IMG/VR virus record: IMGVR_UViG_3300046691_000092
Location: 3,541-67,540 of that record
Reading direction: 5' to 3' (one strand)
Origin: a virus
Length of the DNA stretch: 64,000 nt
Shown here in pieces: positions 1 through 9,791 of the stretch (the first letter of the stretch is position 1; each line of letters starts with the position of its first letter). The position numbers and the translations under genes are program-made. The notes below the pieces were generated by a model. It searched no databases. It saw nothing but the letters and a program-made list of their open reading frames with translations, and was not told the DNA's origin.

Positions 1-334
1 TGCGGGGACGTCCCCGGTCAATCGTCAACTGGTCTTCGCGGTCAATGCCGGTCATGAGCAGCGTTTGAAATGACCGGTCGGCTTCGACGGCGGCGGTCAG
101 CCGGTGTTGCCCGTCAAGCAATTCGCCATTGACACCGAGCCGGATAGCATCGCCGTTCAGCCGCCAATCGTCGGCCATCATGTCACGCACCATTGCAGAC
201 ACGGCATTCTTTGAAAGAGAACGGTTATTAGTGTTGGTCGCCAACAGCTTAGCGGCCCATTCAGGGGTCATCGTAACGATCTGTACGTTGCGGGTTTCTT
301 CGGTAATCTGTTGCTTCTTGACTGCACTGTTCAT
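1..334 (-). CDS. ParB/Srx-like (DGQHR) domain protein, 3'-truncated by window edge
   Basis: Not in the ORF track. Manual translation from ATG 334 (RBS GGAG): MNSAVKKQ...NTNNRSLS...WRLNGDAIRLGVNGELLDGQHRLTAAVE; NR and DGQHR motifs are typical of ParB-N-like domains. Confidence 0.75.
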   Translation of the reverse strand, partial: MNSAVKKQQITEETRNVQIVTMTPEWAAKLLATNTNNRSLSKNAVSAMVRDMMADDWRLNGDAIRLGVNGELLDGQHRLTAAVEADRSFQTLLMTGIDREDQLTIDRGRPR

Positions 335-430
335 TTTTTGTGTCTCCTAGTGGTTTTTGGGGATTGACTTGCATTTTCAATTTATACGGATTGACAGGAA
401 TCGCAAGGCAAAATATTAGCCGTTCCGTTA

Positions 431-658
431 ATGGTTTACAAAAGGGTTAACGGCATTATGACGCCTTGGGATAATCAAATTCTTGGAAAATACCCCCTTC
501 GGCTTACTTCGAAGGTGCGAGTCACCTTCCGGGACGGCAGTACATCGCGCCACGCCGCAACCGTGGGTGATCATCACGGACTCGGTGACGATAGCTCTAA
601 TTGGCTATGCACCGGCGAACCGGAAGATATCATTGCATATGAGGAAATTGCAGCATGA
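431..658 (+). CDS. hypothetical phage protein (V.FRDG...W...DIIAY family)
   Basis: ATGA-coupled to the next gene; motif shared with 57712..58068; true start may be ATG 458. Confidence 0.6.
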   Translation: MVYKRVNGIMTPWDNQILGKYPLRLTSKVRVTFRDGSTSRHAATVGDHHGLGDDSSNWLCTGEPEDIIAYEEIAA

Positions 659-990
659 CAGAGTTGCATCAGCTTCTTGAATCCGGTCCCGTCATCACCG
701 AAACACCCGAACCGGCGAAAGGTTCCGCGTATAATGGATGGATGTCGGATGCGTTGGCGCACGCCGACAAAAAGGCTTCCCCACTATCCCGCGCCCTGAC
801 CACAATCATGTCATGGGACGTTGCCGGACCCCAACCGACATACACCGCGACGGTCATCGTTGAAAATTCGGTGACGATGTATTTCACACCCGGCCCGGAC
901 GAAACGCCCTATGAAGCCCTTCAGCGGGAAATCGACCGCCGAGTCGGTTCAGGTGTCGTCATCCGCCATTCGGACCCGCGCGCCCTATGA
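655..990 (+). CDS. hypothetical protein
   Basis: ATGA overlaps on both sides; GAGGA RBS. Confidence 0.6.
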   Translation: MTELHQLLESGPVITETPEPAKGSAYNGWMSDALAHADKKASPLSRALTTIMSWDVAGPQPTYTATVIVENSVTMYFTPGPDETPYEALQREIDRRVGSGVVIRHSDPRAL

Positions 991-1181
991 TCGCATTCGG
1001 TTCCCCCCAACACAAGGTAGCGGCGGCAACCAACGCCTTAGAAATCGCACGCCACGCGCTCGCGGCAAATCCCGGCAATATAACGTTCGCAATGGACGTT
1101 CAGAAAGCCAAGGCGGTGCGGGATGCGGCAATCATCGAATTGCGCCGGACATTCAGGGTGATCAATGGCACCGCCGATTAA
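987..1181 (+). CDS. hypothetical protein
   Basis: Coupled operon position. Confidence 0.55.
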   Translation: MIAFGSPQHKVAAATNALEIARHALAANPGNITFAMDVQKAKAVRDAAIIELRRTFRVINGTAD

Positions 1182-1404
1182 CCCGTACAAAGCGCCGGTA
1201 AAGACCATGTCCCCGGTGTTGCGCGCGCTGTTCAAACGTGCCAATGAATTGAAGATACCTGTTGCGGAACTCGCGGCGGGAATAGGCACACACGGCAATT
1301 CCCTTCGTAACTGGAAATCCGGGCGATCGGCACCGTCAATTATCGAAGTCGAAAGCTTCGCCGAATTCATCGGAGTGAAAATCTACATGGGGAACCTGCT
1401 ATGA
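1165..1404 (+). CDS. XRE/Cro-type HTH protein
   Basis: VAELAAGIGTHGNSLRNWKSGRSAPSI HTH pattern. Confidence 0.75.
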   Translation: MAPPINPYKAPVKTMSPVLRALFKRANELKIPVAELAAGIGTHGNSLRNWKSGRSAPSIIEVESFAEFIGVKIYMGNLL

Positions 1405-1802
1405 GTCAGGCCGAAATTCTGAATATCCTGAAGGAACCCGACACGCGAATGAACGGGATTGACGTCGACACGCTTTGCGATCGGCTTTACACCGACACGA
1501 ACCGCCCGGCGAACCCGAAAGACGTCGTCCGGGTATGCGTCAACAAGTTGCGGGCGAAGGGGATCAAGATCGTCAATCCCTTCATCGGGCGCGGTAAGAA
1601 AGCCGTGTATCGGCTGGACGACGAACGGGTAGCGCTGAAGGCCGGGTTGAAGTATGCCCGTCAGGCGTATCACCTTGCCGGGATGACGGTCGGTCACCTG
1701 TCGCAACAGCTTGACCCGGTCGCGCTTGAAGAAGCGAAACGCCGTATCGAAGAAATCGCCGCTGACGTGCGGTTGATCGAAACGGAGCTAGTCGCAATAT
1801 GA
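1401..1802 (+). CDS. winged-helix DNA-binding protein
   Basis: LCDRLY...VVRVCVNKLRAKG...GRG..YRL resembles the OmpR-type wHTH; C-terminal coiled coil. Confidence 0.55.
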   Translation: MSQAEILNILKEPDTRMNGIDVDTLCDRLYTDTNRPANPKDVVRVCVNKLRAKGIKIVNPFIGRGKKAVYRLDDERVALKAGLKYARQAYHLAGMTVGHLSQQLDPVALEEAKRRIEEIAADVRLIETELVAI

Positions 1803-2203
1803 CGTACACGCCGGAGGAATTCGCCAAGTTCGACAGGCTGACGCGCAACACGTCAAGCCAGAATGGGGCAATACGTGTCATGTCCCGTATCGACCTGTCG
1901 GGTTTCATTAAGGAACACGGCAAGGAAAAGTGCGATGAAATGTGGGAAGTCATCAAAAAGCGGGACAAACTATGAAGGAACGATTGGTCATCATCACGAC
2001 CGCGAGGGCGGTGGCATTGGCGCACGCGTTGGCCGGGCACGATATAGACGTCATCATTACCGATGAAAATTACTATCCGGAAAAGCCCGACTTGAAGATG
2101 TTGCGTGAAGAACCCGCCGCGCCCGATGATCGCCCCGAACCCCGACGGTCGCGCCTGACGCCACGCGGCGGACGTTCCGACGACTGGAAAGGGAAGTACC
2201 GGT

Positions 2204-2752
2204 TTGGGTAAATATTCCGACATGCCCCGCCGCAAGGCGGATAAATACCTGACGCCCATGAAGCCGGTTATCCCGCTCGTGCCATTCATTCACCACATCG
2301 ATACGTTTGACGAACCGTGCGCCGGTGACGGGCGGCTAGTGAACCATCTGGTCAAGCTAGGCAAGCGCGTGCGCCGGGCGTTCGATACCGAGCCCGATTC
2401 GCTGTTCGTCGCGAAGGGTGACGCGCTGACGACCCATTACGACGGGGTTGATGCAGTGATCACAAACCCGCCTTGGTCGCGTCCGATCCTTCATGACATG
2501 ATCGCGCATTTCGTGGAAACGGCGGCGGAAGCTTGGTTGCTGTTCGATTCGAATTGGGTCAACACCGGGCAATCGGCGTATTTCCTGAAATGGTGCACGG
2601 ATATTGTACCCATCGGACGCGTCAAATGGATCGAAGATTCCGAGCATGACGGCGGCAAGGAAGACGCTTCTTGGTTCCGTTTCAGCGCCGATTCAAACGG
2701 GCAAACAATTCAACATCCGCGAGTGTTGACAGGCGGCAAGAAGCGTTTATAA
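2204..2752 (+). CDS. DNA amino-methyltransferase (N6A/N4C), small orphan
   Basis: Motif I FDEPCAGDG and motif IV ITNPPW. Confidence 0.85.
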   Translation: MGKYSDMPRRKADKYLTPMKPVIPLVPFIHHIDTFDEPCAGDGRLVNHLVKLGKRVRRAFDTEPDSLFVAKGDALTTHYDGVDAVITNPPWSRPILHDMIAHFVETAAEAWLLFDSNWVNTGQSAYFLKWCTDIVPIGRVKWIEDSEHDGGKEDASWFRFSADSNGQTIQHPRVLTGGKKRL

Positions 2753-2773
2753 GTCGGTTCAGTGAAACGGAGA
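2726..2773 (+). promoter_or_regulatory. sigma70-type promoter with inverted copy of the conserved box
   Basis: TTGACA-N16-TATAAG; minus strand of 2744-2760 reads GAACCGACTTATAAACG; AACGGAG RBS. Confidence 0.6.
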
Positions 2774-2782
2774 ACCACGAAC

Positions 2783-5700
2783 ATGACGATGAAAGTTCAT
2801 ATTGACGTCAAGAACCGCGAAGTCATCGCCGAAAATCCTTGCGGGACGATGGGTTTCGTGACGTGGCGACGCCTGACGGAAGAACTGTTCCGCGAGGCGA
2901 ACGAAATCACGGAACGCGAAGAAGTGACCCACGTGACCATTGACAAGGATGGAATCACCTTCAGGATCGGGCGTAAGTGATGACAATGCATCTTCTTAAA
3001 TCAGACTTCGCGAACTTCCAATTTGAACGTCAGATTGCCAGTGACAACGGCGTCAAGACTCTTTCCGTCGTGATTAAGCCGTTCGACGGAACAGCTTATT
3101 ACAGGTTCGAAAACCGTCGTCGCGGGTCGATCAGCCATTTTGCGCTTTTCGAAGACGCGATCGAAGCGTTCAACACCGCGAAAACCGGGGGCTGATCGAT
3201 GAACGCCCAACGCTTCAACGAACTCGCCGACCTTGCCCGCATCTACTTTGAAGACGGGGCACCGGCAACCGCCGCAATGGCACTCCGTAAACTTGCGGAC
3301 GAACTGGACGTCGCGCAACAGAAGAAAAACGCGGAGCTTGACGCGCTTATCCGGGGGTCGCGCCGATGAACAAGGAACGCCTCTTACGCCTTGCCGACCG
3401 CATCGAAACCGCGACTGATTTCAACATGCGCGACTATCATTATTGCTTCGCCGGTCAGACGATCGCCGAATTCAAGCCGGAACCGGTCTATAACCCGATA
3501 ACCGACGCGCTTTCGAGACACAACACGGCCCGGCGCGCGCTGGACCTGACGAAGCGGCAGTCCGAAGACCTGTTCACGCCGTCGGTCCATCTGTGGCGGG
3601 ACCGGGGCATTAACAACGTTCACGCTATCACCAACAAGCAAGGCGCTGCGGTTCTTCGCCACTTCGCCGCAACTGAAAAAGTGGATTTCTCGATATGTCA
3701 ATGACCAAGCGGGAACAGTCGGAATTCGACATGATGCGCGCCCGTATGAGTATGGCGCAAGCGCTCCGTTGGCCGGAAGGTGAAAAGCCCGTACCCATGA
3801 CACGTGCCACGATTCAGGCCGCGTTACTTGGCCCGCACGCCGTCGAAGTACGGAGCGACTACGGCACAATGCGCAAGGCCGTCAAGGGTTGGGACTATCA
3901 CCATTGGAACGGCAACTATTCGGTTCGCGAAATCGTCACGGACGGGAACAGCCATGCCGGTCTATATGATGGTAAGGCGTCAGGATGGGCACAGGGCGGC
4001 GGACGGGTATTCACCACACGCGCGGATGCGTTGCGCGCGCTCCGGTTCGACATGACCGAATCATTCGCGGCGAACCTTGCCGACGTCGACAACATGATAA
4101 AGGCCGCACAATGACCGCATACGCCGAGTTTCACGGGCAAATTCTCCGGGAAGTCACCGGAATCAACATCGACGGCAAGACTTACGCGGCTTCCGCGATC
4201 GAACGCGACCACAACGATTTGCGCGCATTGTGCGGCGCGGTGTTGGAACACTTCGGAATTTCCGGCCTTGACGCGGTGTTGAAAACCGCCCTTGGTGTGC
4301 GTCATCAACCCGCCGAGCCCGCACCGTGCCCGACCTGTGGCGCTGATTGCGCCGGGGCGAACCCGCCCGTCACGTACTGCCCAATGCAGAACATCGAAGA
4401 ACTGAAGCGCGCCGTCGCTCCGCTCGTGGCTATCGCCAACGCATACGACGCGAATGATCTTGACGACGAAGCCCGGAAGCATTGGGGACCGGGACCGGAT
4501 CACAATGCTTTCACGAACGACACACCGCCGCAACAGATCGAACTTTACAGCGGACGCGGCGGCAAGCGCCTTCTGACCCTTGCCGACTGCATCACAGCAC
4601 GGAGCGCGGCGCGATGAGAACCGAACGGAGTATTCACGGTCTTTCCGGCGACGGGCAATATCACGAACGCCAAGCGATCGGCCCGTTCGTCACATACAAG
4701 CGCGTCCGGGTTCAGAAATGGTCGCCGGTCATGTCTGAAATCGAAGTCGAATGCGGCGTTCGTGTCGGGCGTTGGCGCTTCGGCCTGACGTCCAGCAAGT
4801 TGAAGTTCAGCGACGGGCAAGAACCTGCCGTTCAATACAAGAGGTACGGGCTATGAAATATCTAGCGTTATCATTCGCCGCGTGCCTTCGTCACGCATTC
4901 ATGAGCGGTGCCGGGTACGGCGATCTTGAACGGATCAGCGAAACCGATCAGCAACGATGGTCGCATTACAATCCGCCCGACGTCGGCGCGTTCACTCGCA
5001 TGAACGAAGCGATCCTGAAGATTGCCGAGCCCACGCCGTCGAATTGGCAACCGGTCGAAACACTGCCGAAGCAAGGTCGCATTCTCGCGACTTCCCGATA
5101 CACCGGTAACGCATGGGGCGAACCGTACGTGTTCGAATGGAACGCCCGCGCCGAGCTTTTCGACTGCCGCAAACGCGGCATTTGTATCTATCCGCAATTT
5201 GCTGACAAGTGGGTCGGCCTTCCGATTCCAGAGTTTCCCGCATGAAGTACGCCGGGCGCAATGCATGGGGTCAGCACGTCGTTGGGGCGCTTCACCGCGA
5301 ATGGTCGAACGGGATAACGATCGAATACGAAAACGGTGTTCGGGAATTCATCAACACCGCACGCGTCATTGGGCGCGTCGAAGAAACCGAAAGGGACGGC
5401 AATGCTGACTTATTCGGTCCCGTTCGCTGATTACGAAGCGGACATGAAAGAAACCGCCGAACAGGCGGCGGGGATTATCCGGAAGCTTCGCCGGGAAATC
5501 ACGAACCGCGATCAGCTAATCATATGGCTGATCAAGGCGGCGGGCGGTGAAATCCGCGTTCCGATTGAACGGATGCTTGAAACGGACGGAACCTTTCAGG
5601 TGTGGGAAGACCCGGCGAACTTCGCCCGAATTTACAAGGTGGAAAAATGACACACGAACGAATCATCGGCGTCGCGGTGCGACTGAACGGCGAGGTTTAC

Positions 5701-6179
5701 GGATTGCCAGCACCGGCCCGGCACGGTCAGGTTTTGCGCCTGATCGGCGCTTGTATGCCGGACGACCCCGACGCGCCGCACAAGGCGGAACAGGGTTTCA
5801 TTACCGACCGCGCCCGGTTCGTCACGCGTGAGGAAGCGCGCCACGTTGTACAATGGGAAATGGCCCGTACGACCGCGCCGAGACTTGTACACTATCCCCG
5901 GCTGAAGGATCACGGGCGATGGGAACCAAGCCACCACGCGACGCAATTGTTCAGTGAGGATTTATGGTAATGAACGACGATATTCTTGACCTGATCCGCC
6001 GACGCCCGGACATTTCGAGCGCTTACATTGCCGGATATCTGCGGGGCACCTATCCGAAGCTGACAACGGCGGAAGTAACCCGCCGATTGCTCCGCATGGC
6101 AGCGCAAGGTGTCGTGATGCACCAAGCCGGTTCCATTCATGGCGGGGTTCAATACGTATGGCGGTTGGCGCAACAATGA
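2783..6179 (+). other. run of about a dozen small translationally coupled hypothetical genes (e.g. 2783-2980, 2977-3195, 3366-3704, 3695-4114, 4111-4617, 4614-4856, 4853-5245, 5402-5650, 5647-5970, 5964-6179)
   Basis: Tiling + strand ORFs with ATGA/GTGA overlaps; no recognisable domains except a probable wHTH in 5964-6179. Confidence 0.6.
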
Positions 6180-6622
6180 CCTATGTGTATCGCCGGGTCG
6201 AAATCCCCACGAACGCACACCCGCTTGTGTGCTTGCTGTTCGAAACGATGCGGGAACGCCGAATCACCGTTCAGGAAGTCGCCGACCGATCGGGCGTTCA
6301 CCGCGACACACTCCGGGATTGGCGCAAGCGCCATTGCGCGACGGTCGAAAACCTTGAAGCGTGCTTTAACGTCGTCGGCATGACGTTGCAGCCGGTGCCG
6401 TTGACCGACAAGGCACCGCGTCAAAAGCTTGACCGGATCGCCGATATCATGGGCGAATTGCTTGACCGCCCGTCCGCTGCCGCCCAACTCGGAATTAGCG
6501 TCGTGTCGCTTCGCCGGCTGGACATTCCGTATCGAATAATCAATAATCGCTGCTACTATCACCGCGACGACCTGAAAGTATGGGTCGCCGGTCATCCCAA
6601 GATTCGGAGCAACCTGAAATGA
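6158..6622 (+). CDS. two-domain HTH protein (XRE HTH plus excisionase/MerR-like HTH)
   Basis: TVQEVADRSGVHRDTLRDW and AAAQLGISVVSLRRL...YHRDDLKVW. Confidence 0.65.
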   Translation: MAVGATMTYVYRRVEIPTNAHPLVCLLFETMRERRITVQEVADRSGVHRDTLRDWRKRHCATVENLEACFNVVGMTLQPVPLTDKAPRQKLDRIADIMGELLDRPSAAAQLGISVVSLRRLDIPYRIINNRCYYHRDDLKVWVAGHPKIRSNLK

Positions 6623-6948
6623 TCACCCTGAACCCGGCACAAGCCGCCGCCGTCCCGTTCGTCCGGGAAGAACTCGCCAAGGGCGGGGAAATGGTCTTCA
6701 ATGCACCGGTCGGCGTGGGTAAATCAATCGTCCTGATCGAAGCGATTCGAGACGTACCGCGCGTGGCGTACTTGTCGTGCATGGCGCAATTGCGCGAACA
6801 GTTCAAGCACTTGTGCGGCGAAATGAACGTCCACAACGTGACGTTCATTGAACCCCGAACCGGGCTTGTCGGTCATTTTGAATTGGTCGTCGCCGACGAA
6901 TCCGCCCGTGACATAAAAATCAATCACCCGTGCGTCATTCGGTATTGA
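6619..6948 (+). CDS. miniature SF2-helicase-like P-loop domain
   Basis: LNPAQ Q-motif, APVGVGKS Walker A, VVADES Walker B; only ~109 aa. Confidence 0.6.
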   Translation: MITLNPAQAAAVPFVREELAKGGEMVFNAPVGVGKSIVLIEAIRDVPRVAYLSCMAQLREQFKHLCGEMNVHNVTFIEPRTGLVGHFELVVADESARDIKINHPCVIRY

Positions 6949-7006
6949 CCGGTCATCCGAAACGACTTATAAACGTTGGCATTGAAACACCAACGGAGTG
7001 ACCGAC
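6945..7006 (+). promoter_or_regulatory. conserved promoter cassette, copy 1
   Basis: TTGACC-N17-TATAAA containing CGAAACGACT, then CGTTGGC-ATTGAAAC-ACCAACG and GGAG RBS. Confidence 0.85.
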
Positions 7007-7420
7007 ATGGCCCACAAGACACCATTTACCAAGGCAGTTGAAAACGCGATTGAACGTCACGGTTCCCGCGCCGACTGCCGGGAACTTTGCCAGCGTTTGG
7101 AGACGGAAGAAAAGATCGTCAAGAAGCTGATCAAGCGGGCGCTCGACTCCGAATATTACATCACGGTCAACGACGGCGAAGAAGACGTCGTAATCAAGAG
7201 CCGGGATTACCCGAAGATTATCGACGCGGTGTTCAGCACTGACGAAGATTACTTGTCGTTCTACAAGGCCGCCGACGCTGACGACCGGGTCGGAATCGTC
7301 TATCTCGTGTACGGGAACGACGGCTTTGACGTGATCAGCGACTATGCTTCGTCCGATCTTGACGCGTTCGAAGTGTGGATGACGCCAGTTAACGAATACG
7401 CCGACAAATTCGACAAGTAA
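7007..7420 (+). CDS. acidic hypothetical early protein
   Basis: ATG directly after the cassette RBS. Confidence 0.75.
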   Translation: MAHKTPFTKAVENAIERHGSRADCRELCQRLETEEKIVKKLIKRALDSEYYITVNDGEEDVVIKSRDYPKIIDAVFSTDEDYLSFYKAADADDRVGIVYLVYGNDGFDVISDYASSDLDAFEVWMTPVNEYADKFDK

Positions 7421-7444
7421 TTTCACGAGCGGCGCGAATGCCGC

Positions 7445-7506
7445 TTGACCACCCGTCCGAAACGACTTATAAACGTTGGTATTGAAACACCAACGGAGTG
7501 ACGGAC
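7445..7506 (+). promoter_or_regulatory. conserved promoter cassette, copy 2
   Basis: Near-identical to copy 1, exactly 500 bp downstream. Confidence 0.85.
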
Positions 7507-7884
7507 ATGACGAACTTTAAAAAAGGCCAAATCGTAAACCTTGTAAAAGATTGGGACGGTAAGGGTACTGTTTACATCGCACCGGCAATCGTTCACTCTT
7601 GCGGCAAAAAGCAAATGGTTCTGACACACGCCGTTACCGGTGTCGAACTTGGCCGCCATTTTCGCCCGCAACGCGAAGGTTGGGGAAATGCTGAACTTGT
7701 TCTGACGGCTGATGAAGATGCCAATGTGATTGCCCTTGAAATGGCAAAGACCATCCGCGCAGAGTTTATCGCTAAGGAAACGCAGACTATCGCCACGGCG
7801 ACCGGTTCAAAGGAATATTGGGATAAGCGCCGGGCGGTCCTGACGGAAGTTTTGAACGGCGAGGCTTCGGTAATCACCCGCTAA
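7507..7884 (+). CDS. hypothetical early protein
   Basis: ATG after the cassette RBS. Confidence 0.75.
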   Translation: MTNFKKGQIVNLVKDWDGKGTVYIAPAIVHSCGKKQMVLTHAVTGVELGRHFRPQREGWGNAELVLTADEDANVIALEMAKTIRAEFIAKETQTIATATGSKEYWDKRRAVLTEVLNGEASVITR

Positions 7885-8265
7885 CAAAGGAACGGGGCGC
7901 GAATGCCCCGGCAATCACATGACCCTGAAACGAGCGCTTTACGCCTTGTGCGTCGCGATCTTCATCATCAACGCGTTTCAACTTCGCGCCGCCCTGAAGG
8001 CCGAAGAACAGCGCATGGAACAGGCGGCAAGGGTATGACCTACGCACAACACATGATCCATGCTGACGCGGCGGCGCGGTGCAAGAAATGGGACGAAGCC
8101 GCCCGGCACTATACGACGGCGCTTCGCATCCTGCTTTTTCAGGCTACGTTTCCCGTGACGAATACGCAGGTTCAGACCGTTCAGGCGCTCCGATTCGAAT
8201 GCTATCGCCAATCCCGCGCCCGGTCGGTATGATACGGCCCGGACCAACAAGAGGAACTATTCATC

Positions 8266-8694
8266 ATGGGCGTTGAAGCCATTGCAGAACTTGCCGACAA
8301 GCGGCGAGCATTGAAGGCCGACAAGGCAAACGTTGATACTCGCGTTACCGGCCTGACCACGCGTCAGACGGCGCTTGCCGCGTCGATTACCGATATCGAA
8401 GGCGGCATTACCGGAGCGGGCGGCGCTATCCCGGCGAATACGGCTGTTCCGACAGTCACGGGGACGGCGAAGGTCGGTTCAACCCTGACCGGTGTCGACG
8501 GCACGTTTACCGGCACACCGACGCCCACGAAGACGCGTGAATGGCTGATCGGCGGTGTCGTCAAGTCGACGGCGCAAACCTATGTGCCCGTCACGGCGGA
8601 TATCGGCAAGACGGCGGTTTTCCGTGTCACGGCGTCGAACGTCATTGACAAGGTCACGGCGTCCAGCGTGGCGACGTCAGCGATTATCGCTTAG
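8266..8694 (+). CDS. coiled-coil plus Ig-like domain protein
   Basis: PANTAVPTVTGTAKVGSTLT...W...TYVPVTADIGK...VTASN is a typical Ig-like beta-sandwich repeat. Confidence 0.7.
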   Translation: MGVEAIAELADKRRALKADKANVDTRVTGLTTRQTALAASITDIEGGITGAGGAIPANTAVPTVTGTAKVGSTLTGVDGTFTGTPTPTKTREWLIGGVVKSTAQTYVPVTADIGKTAVFRVTASNVIDKVTASSVATSAIIA

Positions 8695-8987
8695 GTCGAT
8701 TCGACCTTCGACCACTCCGCATTCAAGCGGCGGCTAAACATCGTGACGGCACGGAAGCTTTCAAACGTTCTTTCGTGCCGTTCGCCTTCTTCGTCATCCC
8801 ATTTGATTCGCCACTTCCGATCAGGCGGAACATAAGGGCGCGTAAGGATTTCCTTGATCGCGTCTTCATCGACCCCGAATCGTTCGGCGATCAGACAAAT
8901 CTCTATTCGGTATTTCCGGTATAGATCGTGAATTTTACGGACGTCTTGCGCGGTCACGCGTTCGTTGTCCCGTTGATGCTTTGCCAC
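8691..8987 (-). CDS. HTH-like protein
   Basis: AACGGAG RBS on the minus strand; IAERFGVDEDAIKEIL. Confidence 0.55.
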   Translation of the reverse strand: MAKHQRDNERVTAQDVRKIHDLYRKYRIEICLIAERFGVDEDAIKEILTRPYVPPDRKWRIKWDDEEGERHERTFESFRAVTMFSRRLNAEWSKVEST

Positions 8988-9052
8988 GTGGTAAAAGTTC
9001 TCCGTTTCGCGGGTCTTTTAGCGCGTTTTTCGCGTGCGCGCAATATACGCAG

Positions 9053-9112
9053 TTGACAGGTTATCCGAAACGACTTATAAACGGTCATCAACACACAAAC
9101 GGAGTGACCGAA
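9053..9112 (+). promoter_or_regulatory. conserved promoter cassette, copy 3
   Basis: TTGACA-N17-TATAAA with CCGAAACGACT; AACGGAGTGACCGA. Confidence 0.8.
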
Positions 9113-9791
9113 ATGACCGACAGTTTCGCAGCATCTACCGAGATTACCGCCCGCTACATCAATCTGAAGTACGCTGCCGCGACTAAGTCAGATTGGCGTT
9201 CGCTCATGCTTGACGCCGGTTCGGTAATCAAGACGATCAAGTCGGAAAAAGAAGCCGTCTACACGGACGGCCCGAAGGTCCACGGCGCGCGTCAGGCTTC
9301 ACAGCTTGACATTCTGGACGAACGCGAATTCCGCATAAGCGCGGTTTACGATAACGCAATGAACATGATGGTACGGGCTATTTAAGCCCGCCACAACCCA
9401 ACGGAGACAACGACAATGATCAATACTAAACTTACCGCCCGCATGGTCGATGACGGTGTTTACCTGACCGACGTAAACCGCGATATCGTCGCGACGTTTG
9501 TCAGTCTCGCGACCTTCTATATCGTCACCGGCTTCAAGACCGTCGAAGCGTACAACGACTATCAGGACGAACAGCCGGTCAAGTTCCTCGTATGGGAAAG
9601 GAAACACTGAAATGAAGAAGCTACCCGAAATCAAGGTCGGATCGAAAGTCGCATTCAACACGCTCGCGGACGCCGTTTGGTTCGACGTTCTGGAAATCGA
9701 CGGGTTCACACTTGTCATCCGGGAAACCGGCACGAGCTACGCGAAACAGTACATGGATAAGTCGCTTGTGAAGGCGGTGAAATCCGCTTAA
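9113..9791 (+). other. three small hypothetical genes (9113-9385, 9416-9610, 9612-9791)
   Basis: RBS-preceded ATGs downstream of cassette 3. Confidence 0.6.

Noticed and set aside
6974-7495. ATTGAAAC in the repeats resembles a CRISPR repeat 3' end (array or solitary anti-CRISPR repeat)
   Set aside because: Copies are 500 bp to tens of kb apart with genes between them, there are no spacer-sized intervals, and no cas operon is present. The promoter/RBS context explains the repeats. A crRNA-handle mimic cannot be strictly excluded but has no other support.
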